A stretch of 64,000 nucleotides of DNA, from assembly GCA_963811165.1 (NCBI GenBank), contig CAWEQH010000010.1, positions 256,001-320,000 on the forward strand, in the 5' to 3' direction. The DNA comes from an uncultured Nitrospiraceae bacterium (GTDB lineage: Bacteria; Nitrospirota; Thermodesulfovibrionia; Thermodesulfovibrionales; UBA6898). Shown here one piece after another: positions 19,484 through 29,069 of this stretch (positions within the stretch are counted from its first letter, which is position 1; every line of letters begins with the position of its first letter). Position numbers and translations under genes: made by a program. The notes under the pieces are model-generated. The model had not been told where the DNA came from. It did not search any database and was given only the letters and a program-made list of their open reading frames with translations.

Positions 19484-20473
19484 GTGAGCTTTTTTGACTC
19501 CTATATAGGGATGTTTGTACTTCAGTCGGTTGTCCACTCGTTTGTTACCCTGCTTATTGTGGAGATGTCGCTTCGGATATGGGAGGTCGATATCGCCCGT
19601 GAACGCTTTCGATACAGGCTTCTTGTGCTCATTCTCCCATTTTTTATGTTCCCGGTCTTCCAGCTGATCAATCCCGACAGGAGTTCTTTTTATTTTATTG
19701 AAGACACCGCCCTTTTCAGCAGTTCACGCTGGTTGGGGATACAGATCCTCGGACTTCGGCCTCTGCTTTACTTTTTCTATTTCGTCCTCGCTATTGTATC
19801 CGGCCTTGTTATTTTGCAGGAGATGGTCCCCATTTTCAGGGACTGGCTCAACAAGCCCCAGGAATACGGCAGTGAAGGCCGTCCGGCGGGTACTGAGATC
19901 GACCGCCTGGTGGGAGAGATCAGCCGGGTACTGAAGACGCCCAAACCCGCGGTTTTTGTCGTCGATGACCCCAACCCGCTCATATTTACGACCGGCACAA
20001 CAAATCATTCAATCATACTGTCGGAACCTCTCTTTTCTGTCTATAGCGCCACAGAGCTGAAAAGCGCACTTGCCCATGAGATCGCCCATATAGTGAGAAG
20101 GAGCAACGTTACCACCCTGCTCGTCTTCCTTGTCAGAATTTGCATGTTCTTTAATCCGATTCCCCTCCTTGAATTCCGAAAGCTCGTTCAGGACGACGAG
20201 CACATATGCGATGATATCACTGTTTCCGTGACGGGCGATCCCGGCGCCCTTGCTTCTGCACTGAGGGTGTTTTGTCTGGACGTACCCCATAGCGATGTTT
20301 TCAAGTTCTCCTTCGTAAAAGAGGCCATCGAGAGTTCCAGCCATAACCTCCTTTTGCAGGAGCGGATAGAAAGGCTCGAGAATAAGGGTAATTTCGATTA
20401 CCATGCGTATGGATGGGGAAGGTACGTCCTGACCCTGACGGTGATCATTGCGGTGAACTACTATGTCGTTTGA
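19484..20473 (+). CDS. M56/M48-like membrane zinc metalloprotease (BlaR1 N-terminal-like)
   Basis: Several TM segments, LAHEIAHI zinc motif, FFNP..E..CD motif. Confidence 0.75.
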   Translation: MSFFDSYIGMFVLQSVVHSFVTLLIVEMSLRIWEVDIARERFRYRLLVLILPFFMFPVFQLINPDRSSFYFIEDTALFSSSRWLGIQILGLRPLLYFFYFVLAIVSGLVILQEMVPIFRDWLNKPQEYGSEGRPAGTEIDRLVGEISRVLKTPKPAVFVVDDPNPLIFTTGTTNHSIILSEPLFSVYSATELKSALAHEIAHIVRRSNVTTLLVFLVRICMFFNPIPLLEFRKLVQDDEHICDDITVSVTGDPGALASALRVFCLDVPHSDVFKFSFVKEAIESSSHNLLLQERIERLENKGNFDYHAYGWGRYVLTLTVIIAVNYYVV

Positions 20474-20484
20474 GAGGGTATGAG

Positions 20485-21015
20485 ATGAGGGGTTTACGAA
20501 AATATATCATTTTCGGGGCCATGGTCGTTGCAGTCACAGTTGTGCTGAACGTCCTTAACTGGGTTCCGACAATATTTCAGAGGGAAGGGGTAAGGAAATA
20601 CAAGACCGTCGAGGACGCAAAGGTCGAGCTCAAATTAAGTAAAATATTCCTTCCCTCCTATTTCCCGCAATATCTGATGTGGCCTCCTTCGGAGATTTAC
20701 GGCCGCAGGAAGCCGGCCAAGATGGTCTTAATGCATTTCATCAGTTATGACAGAAAGGATGTCGTACTTTCCGTCATGCAGGCTGAATCCAGAGATCCGC
20801 ATCCTCTTAAGTCGAGAATTGAACCTGTAAAGATAAGAAAAAGGGAAGGGATACTCATAAAGGGCAGGAGGGGAGAGCTTTCTCTTGCCCTCTGTGCCGG
20901 AGGAGAGCCTTGCAATTCGGTGACCTGGGAGTCTGAGGGGTATACCTTTACCATTATCGCGAAGGACTCCGTGGAAGAGCTGCTGAAGATCGCTGAAAGC
21001 ACGATTTCCGAGTGA
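20485..21015 (+). CDS. Hypothetical membrane-anchored protein
   Basis: One N-terminal TM helix, LPSYFP motif; operonic spacing after the M56 gene. Confidence 0.65.
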   Translation: MRGLRKYIIFGAMVVAVTVVLNVLNWVPTIFQREGVRKYKTVEDAKVELKLSKIFLPSYFPQYLMWPPSEIYGRRKPAKMVLMHFISYDRKDVVLSVMQAESRDPHPLKSRIEPVKIRKREGILIKGRRGELSLALCAGGEPCNSVTWESEGYTFTIIAKDSVEELLKIAESTISE

Positions 21016-21314
21016 GGCTGCCCGTCCTGGCGGACAGGCTGTCTTGTAGCGTAAAATAGGAACTATTCCCGATTGTTTCGGGTTGTCGCATCTGTTAACC
21101 TTTATTGAAGGAAAGAGAAACGGGTGGGCCCAAAGGCAGGGGCGCCAGAAACGAGGGTCTAATATGTTAACATTAAAGCACATAGGCGGCGAGATGAAGG
21201 AAGAGTTAGACGACCAGTATCAAAATGGAAGAATTAACAGATGGGTGAATTCGCGGAAGGGACCGTTTCAAGCGGTACATGACGGCCCTTTGTCCTTGAC
21301 GCCTGGAGGGCTAC

Positions 21315-22700
21315 ATGGTTAAGCGTAATGCATTGTTGCTATTGGCAGTCTTCTGCATCTTCTATGGGTTTTCAAGAGAAAGCCTCGCTGCCCACCCGCA
21401 AAGCGAAGAGGGCTCAGTATGTCTGGGTTGTCATCAGGACAGGGACATGTCACTTGTGTTTAAGAGTGGAGAAAAATTGTCCCTCTATGTGGACGGCGGC
21501 GCGCTCGTGGGGTCGGCGCATAAAGATCTGGCATGTTCGGGTTGCCATGGCTTTTCTGCAGGCGACCACCCGAAGATGCAGTTTAAGAACAAGAGAAGCT
21601 TTATCCTGTCGGTTTCCGACGGCTGCAAGCAGTGTCATTCATTTAAGAAGGGCATCCACCTCAGGATGATAAGCATGCTCAAGCAAGTCGCCTGTGTCGA
21701 CTGCCACGGCTCACATTCCATAAAGACCGTAAAGGAATCCGGGGATTCCTGTTTCGGCTGCCACAAGTACGGTTTTTCGCTGTCTTTCAAAGACGGCGGA
21801 AGGCAGTCCCTTCAGATAGAGGAAGAGGCACTTAAGACCTCGGTCCATGACAAACTGAGATGTGCCGACTGTCACTTCGGCTTTTCTTCGAAGGAGCATC
21901 CCGAGAGGACTTTTCCGGACAAGAGAAACTTCACGATCGTGACGTCCGAAACCTGCAGGCGATGCCACTTCGACAAGTACACAAAGACCCTTGAGGGCAT
22001 CCACTTCAATATGCTTCTTAAAGGGAACCTCAAGGCGCCGGTATGCGTCGACTGTCATGGCTCCCATTCCATTGAATTTGGCAGGAAGGAAAAGATACAG
22101 AGCGCAAGGAGGTGCCAGACGTGCCACCAGGACATTTATGCGACTTATTCGATGAGCGTTCACGGCAAATCCCTCCTGTCTACGAACAACCAGGATGTGC
22201 CGGTATGTTCTGATTGCCACAGGGCGCACGACATTTCGGACCCGAGGATGGCTGATTTCAGAAATAATATTCCCCAGATGTGCAGCAACTGCCACGCCAA
22301 CGAGGAATTGATGAGACGCTACGGCCTTTCGACCGCCGTGCTGCAGTCGTACCTGGAGGATTTCCACGGTGTTACCGTATCGTACTATAAGAAGCAGAAG
22401 ACCTCGGTCAGGCATATCGCAGTCTGTACCGATTGCCACGGGATACATGATATCACGCGAACGAAAGGGCCGGATGCCTCGATCGTAAAAGCGAACCTCA
22501 TCAGAAGATGCAGGAAGTGCCATGCCGGGGCTTCGGAGAATTTCCCGGACAGCTGGATATCGCACTACGAACCTAACTTTAAGAGGGCGCCGCTCGTGTA
22601 CGTCATCAATCTCATATACACGATATTCATCCCGTTTATGATAGTGGGGCTTGTCCTTCAGATAATCCTGCATATCTGGCGCTATGCGGTGAACAGGTAA
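21315..22700 (+). CDS. Membrane-anchored multiheme cytochrome c (13 CxxCH)
   Basis: Signal peptide; CLGCH, CSGCH, CKQCH, CVDCH, CFGCH, CADCH, CRRCH, CVDCH, CQTCH, CSDCH, CSNCH, CTDCH, CRKCH; C-terminal TM helix. Confidence 0.92.
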   Translation: MVKRNALLLLAVFCIFYGFSRESLAAHPQSEEGSVCLGCHQDRDMSLVFKSGEKLSLYVDGGALVGSAHKDLACSGCHGFSAGDHPKMQFKNKRSFILSVSDGCKQCHSFKKGIHLRMISMLKQVACVDCHGSHSIKTVKESGDSCFGCHKYGFSLSFKDGGRQSLQIEEEALKTSVHDKLRCADCHFGFSSKEHPERTFPDKRNFTIVTSETCRRCHFDKYTKTLEGIHFNMLLKGNLKAPVCVDCHGSHSIEFGRKEKIQSARRCQTCHQDIYATYSMSVHGKSLLSTNNQDVPVCSDCHRAHDISDPRMADFRNNIPQMCSNCHANEELMRRYGLSTAVLQSYLEDFHGVTVSYYKKQKTSVRHIAVCTDCHGIHDITRTKGPDASIVKANLIRRCRKCHAGASENFPDSWISHYEPNFKRAPLVYVINLIYTIFIPFMIVGLVLQIILHIWRYAVNR

Positions 22701-22712
22701 AGGGGGAGGCAT

Positions 22713-23477
22713 ATGATCGAAGCTGAAAAGAAAAATATCGAATATATAAGAAGGTTCCATCCCCTGCGCATAATAGAGCATCAGGCCAATGCCATCGCCT
22801 TCATTGTGCTCGTCGTGACGGGACTGTCGCAAAAGTTCCATGATTCGTCATGGGCCGAATGGGTGATCATGAACTTAGGGGGGATCGATAACGCCAGACT
22901 CATCCACCGCTACACAGGACTCCTCCTGGGAACCCTCACGCTGCAGCATATATTGATCGCCTCTTACGGCGTCATCAGGAAAAAATGGATGCCGTCCATG
23001 GTCATCAACGTCAAAGACTTTACGGACGCCATAGACAATCTGAAATATTACTTCGGCATTACCGACAGCCCGGCCAGATGCGACCGTTACGACTACAAAC
23101 AGAAATTCGAGTACTGGGGAGTGGTGATAGGCGGGATACTTATGGTCCTGACGGGTCTCACCCTATGGTTCCCGACGAAGGTTTTTCATCTTATACCGTT
23201 TCTTCCCGGCCAGATCATTCCGGCGGCCAAGGCCCTGCATACGAACGAGGCAATGCTTGCCTTTCTCGTTATCGTCATATGGCATGTCTACAATTCAGTG
23301 TTCAGCCCGGACGTTTTTCCCCTCGACACTGCGATATTTACCGGTAAGATTTCCAAAGAGAGGATGATCCATGAACATCCTCTTGAGTACGAGAGACTGA
23401 CTGGGGTAAGACTGCAAGACGAGGATGCTCATGACGCCGGGGAGGCAGAGGAAGATAATGTAAAGAGCACATCATAG
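22713..23477 (+). CDS. Cytochrome b (FdnI/HydC-like, CbcL cytochrome b domain-like)
   Basis: IEH..LVVTGL, RLIHR, RYDYKQKFEYWG, ALHTNEAMLA..IWHVY, EHPLEY. Confidence 0.85.
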   Translation: MIEAEKKNIEYIRRFHPLRIIEHQANAIAFIVLVVTGLSQKFHDSSWAEWVIMNLGGIDNARLIHRYTGLLLGTLTLQHILIASYGVIRKKWMPSMVINVKDFTDAIDNLKYYFGITDSPARCDRYDYKQKFEYWGVVIGGILMVLTGLTLWFPTKVFHLIPFLPGQIIPAAKALHTNEAMLAFLVIVIWHVYNSVFSPDVFPLDTAIFTGKISKERMIHEHPLEYERLTGVRLQDEDAHDAGEAEEDNVKSTS

Positions 23478-23552
23478 GACACGGTCTTTTATGGACGGCA
23501 AAGGACGACCTTGTGAACCCCTGAGGAGGGCTGATATAATGCGGCAGAGTCG

Positions 23553-25418
23553 ATGCAGAAGAAAATAATAGTCTCGACGTTGCTGAGCGTTGTCGTTATT
23601 CTCCTAGCCCTCGGGATCATAAGTAACCTCAGTATCAATGACAGCATAGGACACTCCCTTACCGAAAGAAGCGACCTGGCCGCTATCCTGGCGAGCTATA
23701 CCGATTACCGCCTCCAAAACAATCTTACAAGGCTTTACGACATTTCTCTGTCCGGCACAATAGACCTCAACGACAACGACTGGGAACCGGAAGACAACGC
23801 TTTGAATACGGCCTATCAGTATTCGATATTCACGGACGGCATATTTCTTCTCGATCTTAAGGGAAACGTCGTAAGGTCCTATCCTCCGGGGCAGCAAAAA
23901 AGGAACCTCATGAGTATTCCGTACGTAAAAAAGACGATTGAGGAGAACAAAGCGGTCATCTCGAACATTTACACGGAGGAGGGAACGAAAAGAAAGGTGA
24001 TTTATGTCCTCGTTCCCCTGAAAGATAGAAACGGCCGGACTATCGGTGCCGTCGGAGGGGAGATTAACCCCACGAATTACGTTCTGACGAATCTCATAAG
24101 GGCGATACCGACGCGAGGGGACACGATTATAGAACTCGTCGACAGTTTCGGTGTGGTGATCGCATCGAACAATCCCGTGAGGGTGTTTGCCTGCAGCGAC
24201 CGAAACAAGATACTGGGCAATCTTATCGCCACGAAACAGAAGGCGGTGATGAAGTGCCACAGGTGTCATGAAGGGGAAAATCCGCCCGGCACTGCAGAAC
24301 GCGTAAAGACTACCGACATGCTTGCCTTTGCCCCCCTTTCGGAGGCGCCATGGGGTATCTCGGTGAGGGAATCCGAAAAGAGGGTCTTTGCCCCATCCTC
24401 GCAGCTTAGAAAGAAGTTTCTGATATTGGGCCTGATATCGATCGGAAGCGCACTGGTTTTTTCATTGGGAATAAGCAAAAGTATTGTGAAGCCCATCAGG
24501 TCTCTTACGATGGCTACCAAGAAGATTGCGGGCGGCAATCTGAAAGGCGGTCCTGTCACGGTCGTATCCCGGGACGAGATCGGAGCGCTCGGCATGAGTT
24601 TTGAGATAATGAGACGGAGACTATCCGATTCTCTCGATAAAATCCATAAATATAATACCGAGCTTGAGGAGAGGGTGGTAGAGAGGACGGAAGAGCTGCA
24701 ACAAAGCCGCAAGAGACTTTCCATATTGCTTCATGAGGTCATACGGGCCCAGGAAGAGGAGAGAAAGCGTATCGCCAGGGAACTCCATGACGAGACGAGT
24801 CAATCCATAGCGGCGCTCGGCATGTCGATCGAGATTGCGGCAATCGCGCTTAAGGAAAATGCGCTTACCCCGGAAAAAATATACGAACTCAGGGGGAGGG
24901 TGACCCAATTGCTTGAGGGCATCAGCCGCCTTATCCAGGACCTGAGACCCCCGGTCCTCGATGATCTGGGGCTTGAGTCCGGGGTGCGGTGGCTGCTTGA
25001 AAGGCACCTGGCCGTAAAGGGGATAAAATACCGGTTGAACGCCTCTAAGGAATTCCAGGGCCTTATATCGAGTGAGGAAACGATACTGGATGAAAAAACG
25101 GTCTTCAGGCTTTTCAGGATAATCCAGGAGGCCGTGATCAATGTCTCGAAGCACGCGGAGGCATCGAACGTGGAGGTATCGCTTCTTTTCGATGGTCAGG
25201 CGGTCAAGGCATATATTAAAGATGATGGCATCGGTTTCGACGTGCAGACGGTGCTCAGAGAGGCGGATTCCGGCGAACGGTCGGGATTCGGACTGATAGG
25301 ACTCAAGGAGCGTGCCGCCCTTCTTGCGGGGACCGTGGATATCCGTTCAGTCCCAGGCGAAGGGACTGAAATCACCATAAGTATACCGCTAAGTTCCCTG
25401 GAGGTTCAGAATGTCTAA
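23553..25418 (+). CDS. HisKA_3 sensor histidine kinase with Cache and HAMP domains and a periplasmic CxxCH
   Basis: Two TM helices, EEERKRIARELHDETSQ, DDGIGF, GFGLIG; KCHRCH lies in the extracytoplasmic part. Confidence 0.9.
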   Translation: MQKKIIVSTLLSVVVILLALGIISNLSINDSIGHSLTERSDLAAILASYTDYRLQNNLTRLYDISLSGTIDLNDNDWEPEDNALNTAYQYSIFTDGIFLLDLKGNVVRSYPPGQQKRNLMSIPYVKKTIEENKAVISNIYTEEGTKRKVIYVLVPLKDRNGRTIGAVGGEINPTNYVLTNLIRAIPTRGDTIIELVDSFGVVIASNNPVRVFACSDRNKILGNLIATKQKAVMKCHRCHEGENPPGTAERVKTTDMLAFAPLSEAPWGISVRESEKRVFAPSSQLRKKFLILGLISIGSALVFSLGISKSIVKPIRSLTMATKKIAGGNLKGGPVTVVSRDEIGALGMSFEIMRRRLSDSLDKIHKYNTELEERVVERTEELQQSRKRLSILLHEVIRAQEEERKRIARELHDETSQSIAALGMSIEIAAIALKENALTPEKIYELRGRVTQLLEGISRLIQDLRPPVLDDLGLESGVRWLLERHLAVKGIKYRLNASKEFQGLISSEETILDEKTVFRLFRIIQEAVINVSKHAEASNVEVSLLFDGQAVKAYIKDDGIGFDVQTVLREADSGERSGFGLIGLKERAALLAGTVDIRSVPGEGTEITISIPLSSLEVQNV

Positions 25419-26064
25419 GATAAGAGTCATGATAGTTGACGACCATTCCCTCGTCAGGGAAGGAATTACCGCCCTCTTGAAGTTTTATGAGGACGTTGAA
25501 GTCATAGGAGAGGCATCGGACGGCAAAGAGGCGATCGAAGCTGCCGCGAGGCTCAAGCCCGATGTCATACTCATGGATATCGCGATGCCGGGGCTCGGAG
25601 GACTCGAGGCCACCCTGGAGATTAAAAGACACAACCCCGATATAAAGGTACTTGTCCTGAGCCAGTATGACGACAGGGAATACGTAAGCAGATTTCTTAA
25701 AGCCAATGCCTCGGGTTATATCCTCAAAAGAGCGGTCGGCGGAGAACTTATTTCCGCAATCAGGGCGGTTGCCAAGGGGGAATGTTATCTCCATTCATCG
25801 ATTGCAGCAAAGGTCGTCGACGGCTATATTGGAAAGACCGTGGAGGTTTCCGATCCTTACGAATCTTTGACTGACAGGGAAAAACAGGTGCTGAAACTCA
25901 TCGCCGAGGGTAATACCCATAAGGAAATGGCAAGTACTCTGGGCATCAGCGTCAAGACCGCGATCGCGCATCATACGAACATATGCGACAAATTGGGACT
26001 CAGGTCGAAGGCGGAGCTTATCAAATTTGCCATACAAAAAAACATAATCAGACTCGAGACCTAA
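25411..26064 (+). CDS. NarL/LuxR family response regulator
   Basis: IVDDH, ILMDIAMP, LTDREKQVLKLIAEG HTH; overlaps the kinase stop. Confidence 0.93.
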   Translation: MSKIRVMIVDDHSLVREGITALLKFYEDVEVIGEASDGKEAIEAAARLKPDVILMDIAMPGLGGLEATLEIKRHNPDIKVLVLSQYDDREYVSRFLKANASGYILKRAVGGELISAIRAVAKGECYLHSSIAAKVVDGYIGKTVEVSDPYESLTDREKQVLKLIAEGNTHKEMASTLGISVKTAIAHHTNICDKLGLRSKAELIKFAIQKNIIRLET

Positions 26065-26119
26065 GGTGAGTTCTCTTAAACAGACGATGAGTAACCCCTG
26101 AACTGGCTTCACTATGTAT

Positions 26120-26223
26120 GTCGGGCTCGTCCGGTCTACCACTCGTAGAGAATCTTTTCTGACTTTTCGGAAGGATTCCCGACCTGCCTGCCTGCCGGCA
26201 GGCGCGCTTCGATTTGTGGGAAT
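26120..26223. repeat. Degenerate nested palindromic (REP-like) intergenic element
   Basis: Perfect palindrome GCCTGCCGGCAGGC (26190-26203) within ATTCCC/GGGAAT arms, plus GTCGGG/CCCGAC arms. Confidence 0.5.
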
Positions 26224-26307
26224 AGCACCCGCTCCTTAATATTGTTTTCAAATGAACAATAAGCCGGTCCGCTCTTATGCGTAAATTAGTTGTGATAGAA
26301 TTGTCAT

Positions 26308-28035
26308 ATGAGATTCGAGAGGCACCGGATTCCCCTTAAAATAAGTCTTATTTACCTCTTTGCGGGAGGAGTCTGGATCCTTTTCTCCGATCTTTTCGTA
26401 TCGGCGCTGTTTAGTGACCCCTCGATCATCACACGCCTGCAGATATTCAAAGGATGGTTCTTTGTAGGTGTTACGGCGATCATGCTTTATGTCGCCATAG
26501 AGCGCAACATCAAGGCAATCCAATCGTCGAAGGAGGCGCTTCGGGGAAGCGAGGAGCGTTTTCGTCAGTTGGTCGAGGGGATTACGGATTATGAGATCTT
26601 CATGCTCGATCCGTCGGGGCAAATCATAAGCTGGAACATAGGGGCCGAGAGGAGCAAGGGGTATAGTCCCGAAGAGGTGATAGGAAAACACCATTCGATT
26701 TTTTTTACAAAGGAAGATGTGGAGCGCGGCCTGCCGGAGATGGAACTGAAGATTGCCGGCGACAAAGGAAGGTTCGAGGACGAGGGCTGGAGGGTAAGAA
26801 AGGACGGATCTCTCTTTTGGGCAAGTGTGCTGATCACTGCGCTAAGGGATGAAGAGGGGTATCTCCGCGGGTTCTCTAAAGTGATCAGGGACATTACGGA
26901 GCGAAAAATGGCAGAGGAGACACTTAGAGACAGCGAGGAGCGGTATCGCATCATTGTGGAGACCGCATCGGATGCGATTATTACCATAGATGATATGAGC
27001 AACGTGGTATTTGCAAACCCTGCTACCTTAAAAATTTTTGGGTATATACCGGAAGAGATCGTCGGGGGAAAGCTGACCGTATTGATGCCCGAGCGATTCA
27101 GGGAGGCCCATTTGGCGGGGATGAGACAGCATTTGATGACGGGCGAAAGAGATGTTAAATGGGAGGCATTGGAACTGCCAGGCCTGCATAAGAGTGGCCG
27201 TGAGATACCTCTGGAAATTTCTTACGGGGTCTTCATAAGGCAGGGAAATAGCTTTTTTACGGGGATCGTCCGCGACATCACCGAAAGAAAGCTCGCCGAG
27301 AAAGAGAAGGCATATAAGGGCATGCTGGAGAGGTTTAACCAGGAGCTGGAGACGCTCGTGGCAGAAAGGACGATGAGCCTGATGGCCCTCAGACTGGCCG
27401 ACAGGGTACGGACCCCTGCTTCCATAATAGGGCTTTTGGGGAAAAGGATTTTAGGGAGGGCTGATGCTTCGGACAGGACGCATGAAGCCGTCGGGACCAT
27501 CGTAGCCGAGGCGGAAAAGCTCGATATCATCGTGAAGGAATTTCAGGCGCTGCTTAAGAAGAAATCAGTTTTCAGTTATGAAGACATAAATGACATTATC
27601 AGGGATGTACTTACGATTATAGAGCGGGAGGCCGCCTCGAAACATGTAGAAATGAGGGTAAGGCTGGCACCGCAGCCATTGAAAATCAACGCACAGAAGG
27701 CCCTTTTAAAAATGGCTGTTTTCAATATACTGAGAAACGCCGTCGAGTCCTCCGGCGAGGGCTGCTGTATCACAGTAGAGACGTCGGGTGACAGCGACTA
27801 CGTGCATCTCTCGGTTTCGGATACCGGTCACGGGATACCAAAAGAAATTCTCCAAAAGATATTCGATCCGTTTTACAGCGCTGAGATCTACCGGTTCGGC
27901 ATGGGTCTGCCTCTTATTAAACAGATAATATCGGAGCATCTCGGCGAGATTCAGGTCCAAAGCGAAACAGGCAAGGGCACAACGTTCACAATCACTTTTC
28001 CGATAAGATGGCAGGAAAAGACGGACCATCCCTGA
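26308..28035 (+). CDS. Membrane PAS-PAS histidine-kinase-like protein with an atypical H-box
   Basis: Two TM helices, two PAS/PAC domains, HATPase boxes (NILRNA, DTGHG, IFDPFY, GMGL, GKGT); the H-box reads ADRVRTP. Confidence 0.85.
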   Translation: MRFERHRIPLKISLIYLFAGGVWILFSDLFVSALFSDPSIITRLQIFKGWFFVGVTAIMLYVAIERNIKAIQSSKEALRGSEERFRQLVEGITDYEIFMLDPSGQIISWNIGAERSKGYSPEEVIGKHHSIFFTKEDVERGLPEMELKIAGDKGRFEDEGWRVRKDGSLFWASVLITALRDEEGYLRGFSKVIRDITERKMAEETLRDSEERYRIIVETASDAIITIDDMSNVVFANPATLKIFGYIPEEIVGGKLTVLMPERFREAHLAGMRQHLMTGERDVKWEALELPGLHKSGREIPLEISYGVFIRQGNSFFTGIVRDITERKLAEKEKAYKGMLERFNQELETLVAERTMSLMALRLADRVRTPASIIGLLGKRILGRADASDRTHEAVGTIVAEAEKLDIIVKEFQALLKKKSVFSYEDINDIIRDVLTIIEREAASKHVEMRVRLAPQPLKINAQKALLKMAVFNILRNAVESSGEGCCITVETSGDSDYVHLSVSDTGHGIPKEILQKIFDPFYSAEIYRFGMGLPLIKQIISEHLGEIQVQSETGKGTTFTITFPIRWQEKTDHP

Positions 28036-28293
28036 ATGGATATGCACGCTCCATTCTTTTTTTTTGAGGTGACTACCTTTTTTCTGACATGAATGATTCG
28101 CCGGATCGCGACGCCGGAGAGTGAATTACCCGTATGAGTCAAACAGCCGTTTACTGTCGCTTGCAGGACAGGGCTCAACCTTATTTTTTTGCGTCGTTAA
28201 TTTGCATTAAGAGATGTGAATGCCTAAAATATTACAGCTAACGCAGGACATGATTTTTCATGGCCATACAATTACTTTCAGAAAGGAGTTCTC

Positions 28294-28998
28294 ATGAAAC
28301 GGTTATTGGCAGTTGTTGCAGCAGGCACGCTTTTTTTGGCGGTGCAGGTGTATGGGGAGGAGATTTCGTTGAAGGACAAGAAAGACAAGGTGAGTTACGC
28401 CATCGGGTTGGATGTCGGCAACGCGATGAAAAAACAGTCCATCGATCTCAACACCGATATTTTTGTGAAGGGGTTAAAAGACGCTTTATCGGGTGAAAAA
28501 AAGTTGATGACGGACGATGAAATACGCGAAACCATGACCGCCTTTTCGCATGAGATGGCGGAGAAGCAGAAGGAGAAGATGCAAAAAGTCGGCGAAAAAA
28601 ACAAGGAAGAAGGTGATGCGTTCCTGGCCGATAACAAGAAAAAAGAGGGCGTAAAGACACTGCCGAGCGGTCTTCAGTATAAGGTGATCGAGGAAGGCAA
28701 GGGTAAGACGCCGAAGGCGGGCGATACCGTGACCGTTAATTACCGCGGGACACTTATCGACGGGACCGAGTTCGACAGTTCTTACAAACGCGGCCAGCCG
28801 GCAACATTTCCGGTGAGCGGGGTGATCAAAGGATGGACCGAGGCCCTGCAGTTGATGAAGGAGGGGGCGAAGTGGCAGCTCTTCATCCCTTCTGATCTTG
28901 CTTACGGCGACAAAGGTGCAGGAGGCATGATCGGACCGAATGCGGTCCTTATTTTTGATGTTGAACTGATCTCGGTCAAGGAAGCTCAGGCGAAATAG
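28294..28998 (+). CDS. FKBP-type peptidyl-prolyl isomerase (FkpA/Mip-like)
   Basis: Signal peptide, SYAIG, YRGTLIDGTEFDSSY, VIKGWTEAL. Confidence 0.93.
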   Translation: MKRLLAVVAAGTLFLAVQVYGEEISLKDKKDKVSYAIGLDVGNAMKKQSIDLNTDIFVKGLKDALSGEKKLMTDDEIRETMTAFSHEMAEKQKEKMQKVGEKNKEEGDAFLADNKKKEGVKTLPSGLQYKVIEEGKGKTPKAGDTVTVNYRGTLIDGTEFDSSYKRGQPATFPVSGVIKGWTEALQLMKEGAKWQLFIPSDLAYGDKGAGGMIGPNAVLIFDVELISVKEAQAK

Positions 28999-29002
28999 AC
29001 AA

Positions 29003-29048
29003 AAAAGAGAAAGGCCGGCTTTTTGATCATAGCCGGCCTTTCTCTTTT
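29003..29048. terminator. Bidirectional intrinsic terminator
   Basis: Perfect 18-bp inverted repeat AAAAGAGAAAGGCCGGCT / AGCCGGCCTTTCTCTTTT between convergent genes. Confidence 0.85.
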
Positions 29049-29069
29049 AACCGCGATGCTCGTGCCCGC

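Noticed and set aside
21083..21322. 79-aa ORF upstream of the multiheme cytochrome
   Set aside because: TTG start, no motifs; more likely a regulatory spacer (it contains the palindrome ATGTTAACAT at 21164-21173).
21711..22841. 376-aa antisense ORF
   Set aside because: Shadow of the multiheme cytochrome gene.
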